A DNA stretch of 64,000 nucleotides from Parasitella parasitica NRRL 2501 (Eukaryota; Fungi; Mucoromycota), in NCBI GenBank assembly GCA_025201805.1, contig MU619311.1, forward strand, positions 20,814-84,813. Direction: 5' to 3'. The notes under the pieces were generated by a model that was not told the origin of the DNA, did not search any database, and saw only the letters and a list, made by a program, of their open reading frames with translations. The first letter of the stretch is position 1, and each line of letters opens with the position of its first letter. The translations under genes were made by a program, and so were the position numbers. Shown here piece by piece: positions 1-12,443 of the stretch.

Positions 1-2
1 CT

Positions 3-1137
3 ATTTCTCTCGATTATCATGATTGGACTGTATGGGAAATCCCTCCCAACGGCCAAGGCATCACCACTTTAATCTCGTTGGGGATTATTGAAGCATTAGA
101 GGAATCAGGCCGTATTGATTTTAACAAAATTAAGCATAATTCTGCCGAATATGTACACATTGTTACAGAAGCTCTTCGTCTTGCTTTTGCTGATACTAGA
201 CATTACGTAGCTGATCCTCAAGTCAAAAATGTTCCTACCGAAGCACTTTTAAGCAAAGATTACCTTAGAAAAAGGGCAAACCTGATTGACTTGAATCATA
301 GAAACGATGATGTTAGCAGAGGCTTCCCCGAAGCGACAGGCAATACGGTTTACTTTTCGGTTGTTGATGAAGAAGGAAATGCTTGTAGTTTCATTGTAAT
401 TATATTCGCATATGCTATTGTTCTGCACATATTTGCTAATTTCTGTATTTTAGAATTCTACTTTCATGCATTTTGGTGTATGTGTTATTTATTTTGTCGA
501 AATTTAGATGCTAACTTTTCATGTTTTTAGTCTCACATTATCGTTGATAACTCTGGCATTGTTTTGCACAATCGCGGCAGCAACTTTGTGTTGATTGAGG
601 ATCACCCCAACTGCATTGGCCCTGCAAAACGACCTTATCATACTATTATACCTTCTATGGTTACTAGCAGATCAGAAAATGGTCATAAACTCGAGGCTTG
701 TTTTGGTGGTAATGTAATTTAAACTAGCTATACTTAGGTACTAATTGAAGCAAAACATAGTAATGGGCGCTTTTATGCAACCGCAGGGACAAGTTCAAGT
801 GATTTTGAATATGAAGCATTATCAATCAAACCCTCAACATGCTCTCGATCTCCCACGTCTTTGCGTTGCACCTCCAAAGAGCAACCCATTGCTCTCTGGT
901 GGTGCGTATACCTTTACCGAAGTAACCCAATCTGTCATCTACTTAGAAGACGGTTTACAGGATACCGTTGAAGGATTAGAAGCTAAAGGCCATACTTGCT
1001 ATATATTGCGAAATCATGCACGCTCTATGTTTGGCCGTGGCCAAATTATCCGATCCATCACAGATAGCAGGACAGGTAAAAGAGTTCTTGCTGCAGGCAG
1101 TGATCCCAGGGGCGATGGTTGTGCTACAGGCTGGTAG
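3..1137 (+). CDS. Gamma-glutamyltranspeptidase family protein, 3' part (5' end outside window), multi-exon
   Basis: Spliced reading gives [18 protein letters not shown], the nucleophile region [59 protein letters not shown] and GSDPRGDG. Short GT-AG introns lie near 397-453, 478-530 and 709-760. Confidence 0.93.
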
Positions 1138-1302
1138 TCATAGCATCAATTGCACAATAAATCAGACAGTTGCTCAACAAAGAAAACAACACAACTTTAG
1201 AGTAATTCCTTTTTATATACTTTTATATATATATAAAACGCATCTTCAGTCTTTTTTTTATTTGTTTCTTTGGATACGTTACAATGAAGCTGGCTAAACA
1301 AT

Positions 1303-2064
1303 TTACTTCTTCTATAATCCCAAGAAAGGAATGTTAGTACAAAAACTTTTGTGTTGTAATGTTAAGATCAAGTTACCTTATTAGCCTCCTCCTCAGCCTT
1401 ATCACGGGCACGCTTTTCACGGGCACCGAGAGTACGGGCAGCAGAGCGAGCATAACGAAGATTCATGTAAGCATTGGTAGATTTCTCCTCTGCAGTAATG
1501 GCACGAGCTTCAGGGGCAGCAGTAACTTGCTCAACAGGGAAGAGAGAACCACGAAGTTGAACAGCAGAAGCAACTTCAGCAGCTTCAGCATCACCCTTCT
1601 TGGGCTTGCCAGCCTTACGGGGGAAAACAATAAGTTTAGCCTTATAAGCCTTCAAACGCTGAACGTTGAGTTCGAGAGACTCATTGGACTTGTTGCGACG
1701 ACGGAAATCGACGGCAATGCCAATGGAGCGGGCTTCCTTACGACGGACACCAGCTTCCTATTTACGATTCGTATACTTTAACAAACTCATCCCAATCCCT
1801 CTACATTTTGAAACCTACCTTGAGCTCTTCGAGTGTGAAACCACGACCGCTTCTCAACTTCATATTGTAACGGACAGTGGGGCAACGAACAGCAGGGCGG
1901 AGAAGACCATCAACAGGTCTAGGAGCAATGCGACCAGCCTTTTGGACACGTGCGATTCTTCTAGACTTCTTGCGGCCAGCTTGGTCGAACCAAGTCTTGA
2001 CACGGAGGTCCCATTGCTTGCGGAAATGCTGGTTAGGCAATTGGTTGTTGTGCTTCAAAACCAT
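1303..2064 (-). CDS. RPL13: 60S ribosomal protein L13 (eL13)
   Basis: [43 protein letters not shown] and [11 protein letters not shown] are eL13 hallmarks. Introns at 1758-1818 and 1312-1376; the last coding segment is AAG AAG TAA (1303-1311). A probable 5'-UTR intron spans ~2068-2247. Confidence 0.97.
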
Positions 2065-5000
2065 GGTCTATACGAAAAGAAGTTAGACTTTGGCTCATAA
2101 TTTATGTAACCTGTACTTTGTTTGATGCAAATAGAAGAATCCATCCAAAATCAATTCATCCATTTCACAACTTGGCCTCTCTCTCTCTGATGATGATAAT
2201 GATGGATTCCTAACAGGATATCTGAATACTACTCAATCTATACATACCTAAGGATTACCGGTGAGGGGGAAAGAGAAAGACTGCATCGATTACATGGTGT
2301 TGGAAGCACCAAAACGTTGATTTTGGATTTCCGAACGATATACCGGACACATGGCTTGCAAAAGCCCTCCTCAGTGACTTAGTAAGGTGCGGGCCGATGA
2401 GCTACATATGATCCTACAACTTGCAAGATAAAAAACTTGAGACCTAAACTAGACACATGCTATTTTCGGTCGTCAATGAACGTAGCTTTATCTCAAAGCC
2501 TTACAATATATCTAAAATCCTCTAAATTAATTTGTATTCGATACAAAAATACTTCTGAATGAGTAGAGATGTCAAGTCATTTCCATTTTGGAAGCAAAGA
2601 AAGCTCCAAATTGAAGTTTCGAAAATATATTTGGTTTTAAAAAACTGCTTTGTCCATGCCATGATAGTCTGGTTCTCGGATGGCCATTTTCAGCCAAAGA
2701 AATATTAAGGGAGGTGTTTTCTGACGGCTTAACTTGGCATTTGATGCTTCATACAACTCTCCAATTATAAAATGAAAAGTTGATATCAATACGAAAGTAA
2801 GATTAAGGTCGTGAAATCATCACATATTACAAATAATGAAGATAAAAAATGAGAAATTATGTTAATCATTGTTGTATGATTTGCTTTACCGTACTAAGTT
2901 TGACATCTTCCTCACCGAGTAGTAGTGCAATTTGATTGATGCTCGACATTCAAGTTCTACATGTCATAAGGATATTTCTTTGATATTCTTTATCCTGAAT
3001 TATAGCGTATTCCTGAGTTGATGCTTCGGCACTATCACAAAAGTTCGTATACCCAAAAGCTCATCAATGTTTTCCTGTTGATTCGTATGGATTTTGCTCT
3101 CCTTGATACAATCCCGATGAATTTTGGAGCGAGGTCTATATTGTGACACCCCAGCATTACTACCGTATCACCGGAAGAAGTACAAGTATCGCAACTTTGA
3201 CTTGACTGACCAGGTTTGCGTGAACGGGGGCGTTTCATGCAGCTATTCATGGCTTCAAACATCATGCAAAGGAATTTTATGTGAGGGAGGGGGGGGGGGA
3301 ATCCATTTGGTGTGGTTCTGACTATAATCCGTCAAAAGGAGTATCTATTCCAATTTGTGATATATCCAAATGCTGGCATATGTCTTCTTTCCTTCATTCA
3401 GTTCATCGTGGTATTATAATTTGACTAGAAAAATTCGCAATTTTATTCTAAACTATATCCTTGGCCAGACTCGTTAAAATTGACCAAACTCATGCGTTGT
3501 CGAGTTCGCTATCAAACAGGCTTGTGCATAGCAGTAGGTAATATTGAAAATAAAACATATAGCAAAGGTTATAATGAAGAAAAAGTGGATCTGGACTAGA
3601 GATATTAAAAGCTGCTTTCGATAGGCGAGAGAAATACTTGATAATTATATATATATAGATTCAAGAAGAAGTAACTCTTCGTTATGGCCCTGAGCCATTT
3701 TTTGTTGTGCTGAATTCATTAAAAAAATGAGCCAGAAAAATTTATGCATATAGAGATACTGCACTTCTTTATTATGAGTTTAGAAGTGGGCTGCCATTCT
3801 TCAGCATATTTCGTCCAGCTAAGTTTTTCCTCAGTAGAATCAAGTTTTTATCACTCAAACAGGATAAACCGGCTGACGGAAGATGAGTTGATTATTACTC
3901 ATGTCTTATTTTAGTGTAATTACAGGAGGCATGGCAAGATGGGATATATTCAACTCATTTTGCAATCTTGATGAAGTTTGACAAGCTGATATAGACTACA
4001 GACATTTATTTGTTTTGTCAATTGAATAGAATATTTTCTGCATAGTGCACACTCAAAACCTTGCAAATCATATTTTGTTGATAGCCTCTATAAAAATCGG
4101 GACGAAACAGTTGATTCATTTCTACGCCCTAGCTCAGTTTGCCAGAAACAAAGCAGCTTACAATTATAGAAGCCGTGGAGAAGGAAATGTCACCTTATTA
4201 TTTCGTGCTAAATATACCCCTCTCTGTATCGAATACGTTATATCAACAAAAAGTAGAAAATGATATAGTCTTTGGGGTCGCAAAATTAAAGAAGGTTATG
4301 CTTATCAAAAAGAAAATTTATTTTATCCTTGCATCTTAATTGCAAAAGAGTGAAAAGAAGAAATCTCGAAAAAAGGGAGGTATTATTGATCAGTCGATAT
4401 TTTTCACTTGTTCAGCTGCATGGTATGATACAGCTTTCAAGACATACATGCCATGCCTTACAATGTGATAAAGTTCAACATCTATCATGATGTCACTTAG
4501 AGAATGCAGAGATGAAATTGAGTCGACGGCAAGTTTCTTTTATATTGTTTGTATATGATGTGAGTGTTGAAATTGTAATCACTGTGGCGATCTTTTTGAT
4601 CGGATTTTAGTGCGCACGCACTGTGTTCAAGGACCCTCCCAGGGCAGCTTTACAACTGAAGTTAAATAATAAATGGAAAGACTATAAAGAAGGATTGGAT
4701 TGATTCAGATAATAAAATCTTCTCATCGCCGTCTTAACCAGATTGTTTCATTTCTAAAATACCTTCTGAAGCTGTTGTCAAGTTTGAAAACAGCACGCCA
4801 TTTTTGCTGCTCCCACTTTTTGCCAATACATGGGCACATGCTTTTGTTAAGAAGCTAATAGAAATTGATGTAAAGTTATGGCATTGGAGATTCTCCGAGA
4901 TTGAATTTACTTTAGTTCTATTTTTTGGCGGGTTAATACGGAAACCTGATGGAGCAACATCTTTTTAAGGGAAGTTGCTCAAAATATATTCGGCTTATAG

Positions 5001-5233
5001 GAACGAATCATGAAATGGCAGTGCGGGGCAGCATGAGTTATTGGTGAGGTCCCAGTGTTAAAAGTTGCACAACTGAATTTAACAGGTTGAGAGGAATCCC
5101 GTGTGATCCCACTTTGACGGGTTTCACTCCACTTGGGCCTTATATAATCTCTTCTGTGTTATATAAAAGACGGGAATTTCTTGTATCCTTTTTTTTTTAT
5201 CCTACGTCTTCCCTCCTTTTTATATACACTGTT

Positions 5234-6476
5234 ATGAACGATTTCAGCTATCCATCAATGCCAAATGTCATGTCAAAAGTTGGCGGAATTCTTTATCCAG
5301 AAACAGCACCATTTGCTCGTCCTAATTCTATGAATAAATTCAATTCATTCTCCCAACCACAAGTGTATGACCAATGGAGAAGCAATTCTTTGCCATCCTC
5401 GGTTTCCACGACACTACCAACAAATGCAAACGTTCAAAATAACATCAATAGCACGAATACCAACTCGAATGATAATAGCAGCAATCCTACCGCTAATCCT
5501 GTTTCTTGTGATCTGCAAGAAATCATTGTCTATTATCAATCTCAACCTGAACTATTGCGTTTAATTTTATTGAGTAAAGTTGAAGAAGATAAAAGAAGGA
5601 CTGAGGAAGCCAAGTTGAGAGTCAAAGAGCTCGACATGTTCTTGCTTCAGCAACAACAGCAAATGACGAACAGAACACCTCAAACACCGGATGCAATTAT
5701 TGATACCAATTCCTGTAATATCTTGAATAACTCAACTACAACAACTGCGACAAGCACCCCTACTGCTACGCCCACGTCAAATAATCTGCTAAATACAAAT
5801 CAATTTGGCCAAGCTTCAAAAAGACCTAGTGTTTTAGAAATGTTGATGGACGACTCTGATTCCAATCGCCGTGATTCAGCACTTGGTTCTTCTTTTGATG
5901 ACAGTGCTAATTCTGATGAAATCGATGATCGTACATTCAGTCCTAACTCTACAGCAGCAGCAGCATCTATGCTTTCAATGAGGTACGTATATCTTGCCGT
6001 ATTGCCTTAATTTAGCGTCTAACTTTGTCCCATTTAGTTTCACTGCTCAACCCGTTATGCCCGCAAGAAACTCGTTCCACCCCCTTTCTCCACCTTATGC
6101 GCTTAATAATAATCAACCCGTTGAAGACACGCTTCCGTCTCATATCAAGCCAAACACTTCGCCTCTTAAATCCACGCCTCGTTATGACTCCTATTTCCCT
6201 CAACGTCCTCGTCGAAGACGTGAAATGCAGGCTATTTCGAAGATTGTCGAAACAAGAGATTACCCCTATATCGACGGTTTCTTCTGGAAGAATAATGGTA
6301 ATACCGTTCAAAAGAAGACTGGAAACAAGAGCGTCTACTACAAATGCTCCAATAGTAGTAAGGGCTGTCCTGTAAACAAGACTGTTACCTGGAAAGAGAA
6401 CGGCGAATATCTGATTAAATACAGAGGAGAACATCTCGCTGAATGTGGCAAAGTTCAACGTATTGTCGACATGTAA
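5234..6476 (+). CDS. Fungal WRKY-like (WRKY/GCM1 fold) zinc-finger transcription factor
   Basis: Two exons (intron 5983-6037). The C-terminal DGFFWKNNGNT..YYKC-x5-CPVNKTV..YRGEH-x3-C follows the WRKY pattern DGYxWRKYGQK..YYKC..C..Y.G.H. Confidence 0.85.
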
Positions 6477-7541
6477 TTTTTTGTCGTTTTGTAATTCCCT
6501 TTGTAAATATATCTTTAAATCATATAGCACTCCCCCCTTCCCCTTTTTTTCTCTTCTCCATTCTCATATTTGTAGTAATAGTTTCATGGCATAGCTTTAT
6601 AAATCAAAGAAAAAAAATATCTAGAGCGGGTTCTCTTTTGTATATTTTTTTCTTTTCATCCATTTATTTTTATTCGCATAGAGCGCTTCGCAAATTCGTA
6701 TCATGACGCTCAGCATCTAAATAATTCAGCTTCGATTCTTTACAAAATTCCAAAACATATGGCCATCTCATTTGAATTCTTCTCCGAGGTTAATCGGCTG
6801 TCATTTTATGCTTGATTTGTAATATCCACACTTCCGTTTTGTCTCTTGTGAGATAGTGAGTATGATTATTTCCTAGATGTTGACGCTTTCGGCATTCATA
6901 TAAAATGCCATGTTTCATTATTGATTACTATGTTGGACCTGAATAATAGCAACTGTTTTTATTGTTTCATTCGGTCTATGTTCACGATATTATATAGAAA
7001 TAAGTCATCAAGACGTGGTTAGTGTAGCTCATTGTTTCTATACTGTAACAACAAAATAAATCTAGGAACAAACTGATTTGATTTTGACTGTTCGAATCAT
7101 CAAGTTGATTTACCATTAGCCTCCATCTATGACACTAATAAGCAGTACGAACTGGCGTTGAAAAATAGAAAGCAAGCAAAGCAACATCCCCAAGGCCAGG
7201 AGTAAAACCCAAATTTGGGTTTTTGAAACTGTTCAATTGATGGCTCATCCAATTACTTTTTGAATGGGGCAAATACCTATCTCGGTCACACCCGTAGAAT
7301 TGAATAACAAGTTAGCTCGCTCAACCTGTCTATTTTCAACTCTTAAATTTTGGGATAACTTGTATTAATTACACAAACATACACAGACAGCGTTTTCATT
7401 GAGGATAAAAAAAAATATCCCCACAAATTCAATACTGGCTCCTCTCTTTTCCCTTTTTACTGTCGTTTCTGTTTGCTTATCTTTTTCTACTCAGGCTTTC
7501 CTTTTTGTTATTCTTCTTTCCATTTTACATTTTAATCAGCT

Positions 7542-10070
7542 ATGTTTGCTACACTTGAATTACCACTCAGAGGTATATATACATGTAAAAATAGAAATTT
7601 CAAAAAACGTATGATTAATCCTGTGTGTTTTGTATTTTAGATGATAGTAGGCATAAGAGATTAAAAGTTGGAAGAGCATGTCATCCTTGTAGAATGAAGA
7701 AAATAAAGGTGAGAGAATAAAATAAAAATAGAAATGGATTATAGCTTTGAAATATGCTTACATATAAAATTATAAATTCGCAAGTGTGATGGAAAGCAAC
7801 CATGTATGCAGGTACTGTTTAATTTTTTTTTTATGTAATATCATTAGCATATTAACTTGTTCATTTACTAGTGCAAAGGTTATTATTCAAATACATTAAT
7901 CAAAAATGCTTTTGTTGACATTTTTCTTGTAGCAAGAAGACGCAAATGTATGTATTTAAAGAACCCTGATGAAACATATATACGTTTGGATCCAGTAAAT
8001 GAGCCCACACCATCCAAAGTCGACAATACTACTGCAGCTGCTATATCGGAATCTTATTTTCAGGACATTGGCGATCGAGCTCAGTCAAAACAGCAACATC
8101 TAAATGGCACAAATTCACCCTCTCGGGACGACAGCAGCAAGATATTTGCCCAAGATCAGCCAGACAACCTATTCGCTAGCCATTCCCCACACAGTCCATC
8201 ATCCATATCGACCCAATCAGCCTCTCAGCCTGCAACAAGACCAGACAAGATGATTGAACAATTAACTGATGGTCTGGTCCGTTTAACGTTACATCACGAC
8301 GCTTCAAAGTTGGGAAACGAAAATGTTACGCCATGGAGGAGCTATGGTGAATTTGTACGATGGACGCCTGAGCCTCATCTTCCAACATACTACACAGCAC
8401 CCATCGACATGCCATCTCGGCCTACCCAAGAGCATCTAATCAGCGTTTTTTTTGATGAATGCCACCACATATTGCCGACACTATCAAGGTCCATGTTTTA
8501 CGATCAACTCAAAATTAAGGGACCCCTCGTGACACCACTCCTACTGAATATCATTTATGCGCATGCCGCAAAGCGCATCAACAATCCTGCTTTTCGCTCA
8601 GAACAGAACAATCCCTCGACACAGGGTGATTTGTTTTATAACCGTGCTAAACGTTTAGTCGATGATTTTTTGGATATACCTCGGATTAGTACAGTGATTG
8701 CTTTGTTGTACATGGCACTATATGATTGCGATCACATACCTCAAGGCGGTACTCGCATTAGATCAAGTCGCGCTTGGATGTATAGTGGAATGGCTATACG
8801 TATGTGTTTTGAATTGGGTTTACACACTGCGAACTACAGTAGTCAAATGTCTCAGTGCGATATCGAACTGCGTAAAAGAGTGCTGTGGACTTGTTTTGTC
8901 ATGGATAAGTTGGAAAGCTGCACAATGGAAAGACCTTGGATGCTAAAATCAAAGGATATTGCGTTGGATTTCCCTACTCCCTTACCCGAGGATTCTTTGC
9001 CAGAAAGACTGGTACTGGAAGGATTCAATCAACTGTGCAGACTCATGATTTTGACAGAAAAAGTCATTCATTTCTTCACCTACGATATGAAGAATCTGAG
9101 TCTTTGGACGATCAGCGAAGAAAACCAGATTTTGCAGTATCTGGATGCTATTCATCAGTGGAGAGACATGCTGCCGAGTGAATTGCAATGGACCACACCT
9201 GCCAATAACTCCGGCGTACAGCGATTTATGCCCGCTGTGCCCTTGTCAGCTGTTGTTGCAAATCTTCACCTCGTCTGTTACGATTTAGAACTTTCACTCA
9301 TCATGTGTTGCCGTTATCAAGACGAACATTTACACCGTGAAAGACGCAGAACTCTCGCAAATACCATTACACACATCGTTTCTTTAACTGTTCAGCATCA
9401 ACACCTCATGTACACCTTTGCAGTGTCCACATTTTCTGGCATTTTTGCTGCCTTGACGCATGCCGTCGATTTTGACAATCAACATTTGGATGTGTCTGAA
9501 GGCGCAAAGCTGCAATTTAGAAAGAGCTTGGAAGATGTACGGTTGATTGTGGAGCGCATCCCCATGCGAGATTTGCGCGATTTTGCTCGACTTGTGGATT
9601 TGACACTGCAACCCAATACACAGATGATGGGCAATACCATTTCTGTGCCTCCCAATGCGTATGCATCCGCGTTTTCTGCTATTAGTGACCTATGTCGTAA
9701 GGATAATGGTAGTAGTAGTAATAGCATCGAGCCAAATGCCAGTGTGTACTCTCAACAACACGAGGTAATCGAAAATGGAGCAGGTTATGGCTCAGCTTCG
9801 CCAGAAAGACGTAGATCACCATTCCCCAACAATCCAATGATATCTGGTCAGTTTGCTTTTGACGCCTGTTATCAACAGCAAGCTAGTAGTACATCATCGC
9901 CGTCAGGCAGCGTGTCTGCTGCAGCAGTAGCAGCGGCGGCAGCGGCTGTTGGCGCAGTGGGAACTCCAAGTGCACAATCAGGACCGACAAACAAGAGCAT
10001 TGAACCAGCAGACTATACATTTGAATTAATCTCTGTTGCAGATGAATGGGCAAGATCACTTATATATTAG
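7542..10070 (+). CDS. Zn(II)2Cys6 transcription factor with fungal-specific TF (middle homology) domain
   Basis: Small exons splice to RLKVGRACHPCRMKKIK-CDGKQPCMQ-CK-ARRRKCMY. The large exon has FFDECHHILP, AWMYSGMAIRMCFELGLH and ELRKRVLWTCFVMD. Confidence 0.93.
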
Positions 10071-10567
10071 TATCGTTTTTTTTTTTGGCTTCTTTTTTTT
10101 TGTCGTATGTATATTAAATCTCGTTTTTGTTAATTTTCCCTCTTCACCATCCCTTATTTCTTTTTCTTTTTTTTTATCCTAATACTACCATCCTCATGTA
10201 TTTATATAAAAGATATATAGCAGTAATATTAATATCATCAAGGAAAAAGTCGCAAACTTCTTTAGTAGTTTTGATACCATACGAGACAAAAGGAGACCTT
10301 GAAGAAGCGATGGAATGTTTACATGTGGGTGCACCCGTCTTGCTTTTGCATTAGATTTCTGTTGTCAGTATAGAGACTTTTTTTTTTTACATGTATACAA
10401 ATAAATGCAACCAAGAAGCAGATCTTTCACATCTTGCCCTTGAATCTCCTTGAATTATACTACATGACATCTGATTAAAGTGACAACAGCCCTGATTCAG
10501 ATAAAAAAGCGTCGATTCATATTTTTTTTTCTTTTTTTTTTTGTCTTGTCTTTTCATTACATTTACA

Positions 10568-12267
10568 ATGCTCTTGAAATCCGCCTTAAGTCTTACATTG
10601 GTTGCCTCTCTAATCAACGCTGCTGTCATCATTCCGAATATCCATAAGCGCGGTGAAGGAGCATCTGGCAAATTTGTCCATGTAACAGGTATGTGCTATA
10701 TGCGTATACGTCGCTTCATCTATACATTGAATTGAGCCTAACATGTCATACTAAAATAGACTTTCATTTCGATCCCCATTACGTCGAGGGCGCCTCTGTC
10801 TCGAGCTTCTGTCACCGTAAAGATGGTGAAAATGACAAAGGTATTGCAGGGAAATTTGGTACCTTGGGAAGTAAATGTGATGCTCCAAAAGCTCTAGTAC
10901 GTGAAAAAATTATTCGCTGCCATGCAAATGTATTTATCCTTTTAATATGTCTGTTTATAGATTGACGCCACATTCGAGTTCCTTAAAGAACAAGCATCAG
11001 ATGCAGATTTTGTTATTTACACGGGTGATTCTGTTCGTCATGTATGCATACATAGAGATCGTATTGAATTGAATTTTAACAACATTATAACATATAATTC
11101 ATAGGATCGTGATTTATTCGAAATGAGAAGCGACGAAGAAGTCAAATCTACTCAAGAACTCTTGGTTAAATACTTTACATCTACTTTTTCCAAGGTAATC
11201 CCTGTGCTTGGCAATAATGATGTCGAGACACACAACAACATCATGGCCTATGATGACCAATACCTTGAGTTCATGTCCACTTGGGCTCCATTTAATCTTA
11301 ATCTCGGCCAAGACTTTATTCGAGGTGGCTACTACGTACAGGAGCTTGCACCCAATTTGCGTACCATCAATACCAATACCATGGACTTTTTCAAAAAGAA
11401 TGAGCTTCTGTATACTGACTGTGATGTTCCTGGCCCAGGAAGAAATCAATTAGACTGGCTAAGAAAGTCTTTGGAAGATACTCGTGCCTCGAAATCAAAA
11501 GCTTATATTCTGTATGTATCCCCCCGATCTTGCCTGTTCTCATTTGACTAACGGCTTCTTTTTTTTATTTTATTTTTCATCAAGTGCTCATGTACCACCA
11601 AACAGCAAAAAAGACAAACATTTTTACAAGGATAGATGCTATAATGAATATTATAGTCTGTTAGGCTCTTATTCAGATGTGATTTTAGCTCATTTCTCTG
11701 GCCATTTCAACTGTAGGCTAAATCAACTAATTTATTTTAAATGAATGAAAACTAACGCTCTGACTAGATGATCAATTGACAGCTGTATTGCAAAATAAAC
11801 AGGACGGTACCTACACTAGAGTAGCTGCCCTGGGAGAGGAGGAGGTTCCCATGACAGCCGAGGAATTAGAGATATATAAAGTAGTGGGTGTTCTTTTCAA
11901 TGCACCTTCTATTGTCCCTCAACAGAACCCTGCAGTTCGAATCTATACGTATGACACAGAGGGAACACAGTAAGTCGTGATTTCAGAAATTTTTTTTAGA
12001 GTGCTTGTATGCTAATCATGCATATGCAGATACCCGTATGGCACTATCCTTGATTGGGATCAATATTATGCCAACCTTGAAGAAGCAAATCAAAGTGGCA
12101 CTTTAAAGTACAAACTAGAATACACAGCCTCAAAACTGTATAATGTCGACCGCTTTGACGCTAGTGGGCTACAAAGTGTATTTGAAGCAATTTCACTAGA
12201 TGAAACTGTTCGCCAACAATACACTGCTTTCCGTGCTGTAAACGTTGATAAAGCAGCAGAGATTTAA
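10568..12267 (+). CDS. Endopolyphosphatase Ppn1-like / acid-sphingomyelinase-like calcineurin-type metallophosphoesterase
   Basis: Spliced motifs HVT-DFHFDPHY, CDAP, YTGDSVRH-DRD, VLGNNDV, AHVPP, FSGHFN and APSIVPQQNPAVRIY. N-terminal hydrophobic signal; about 8 exons. Confidence 0.88.
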
Positions 12268-12443
12268 GCTTTTTTTTTTTTTTTTCAGCTAAATTAATTA
12301 TAATTTATTTATTTTTTTTACAGAGGAAAAATATTTATGTTGTATATTTGTATGTGTGTTTGCGTGTTGACGATGTGAATTGTGTTGTTGGTGCTGATTT
12401 TTACAAGAAGGGTTATCTATATTTGCTTTTTTTTGTATTTATT

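Noticed and set aside
1359-2100. Long plus-strand ORFs antisense to RPL13 (and similar shadows over CEP104, SEC24, DYRK and WRKY)
   Set aside because: Explained as codon-bias shadows of real genes on the opposite strand or in another frame.
2188-2226. Box C (ATGATGA) and box D (CTGA) pair in the RPL13 UTR intron
   Set aside because: Only ~35 nt apart and antisense to the host gene, so it does not fit an intronic C/D snoRNA.
2900-4350. Short ORFs and coding-like fragments between RPL13 and the WRKY-like gene
   Set aside because: No recognisable motif or consistent exon chain; may be old TE debris, but this cannot be supported.
5183-5230. U12-type donor GTATCCTTT upstream of the WRKY-like gene
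   Set aside because: No TCCTTAAC branch site and too little room for an intron.
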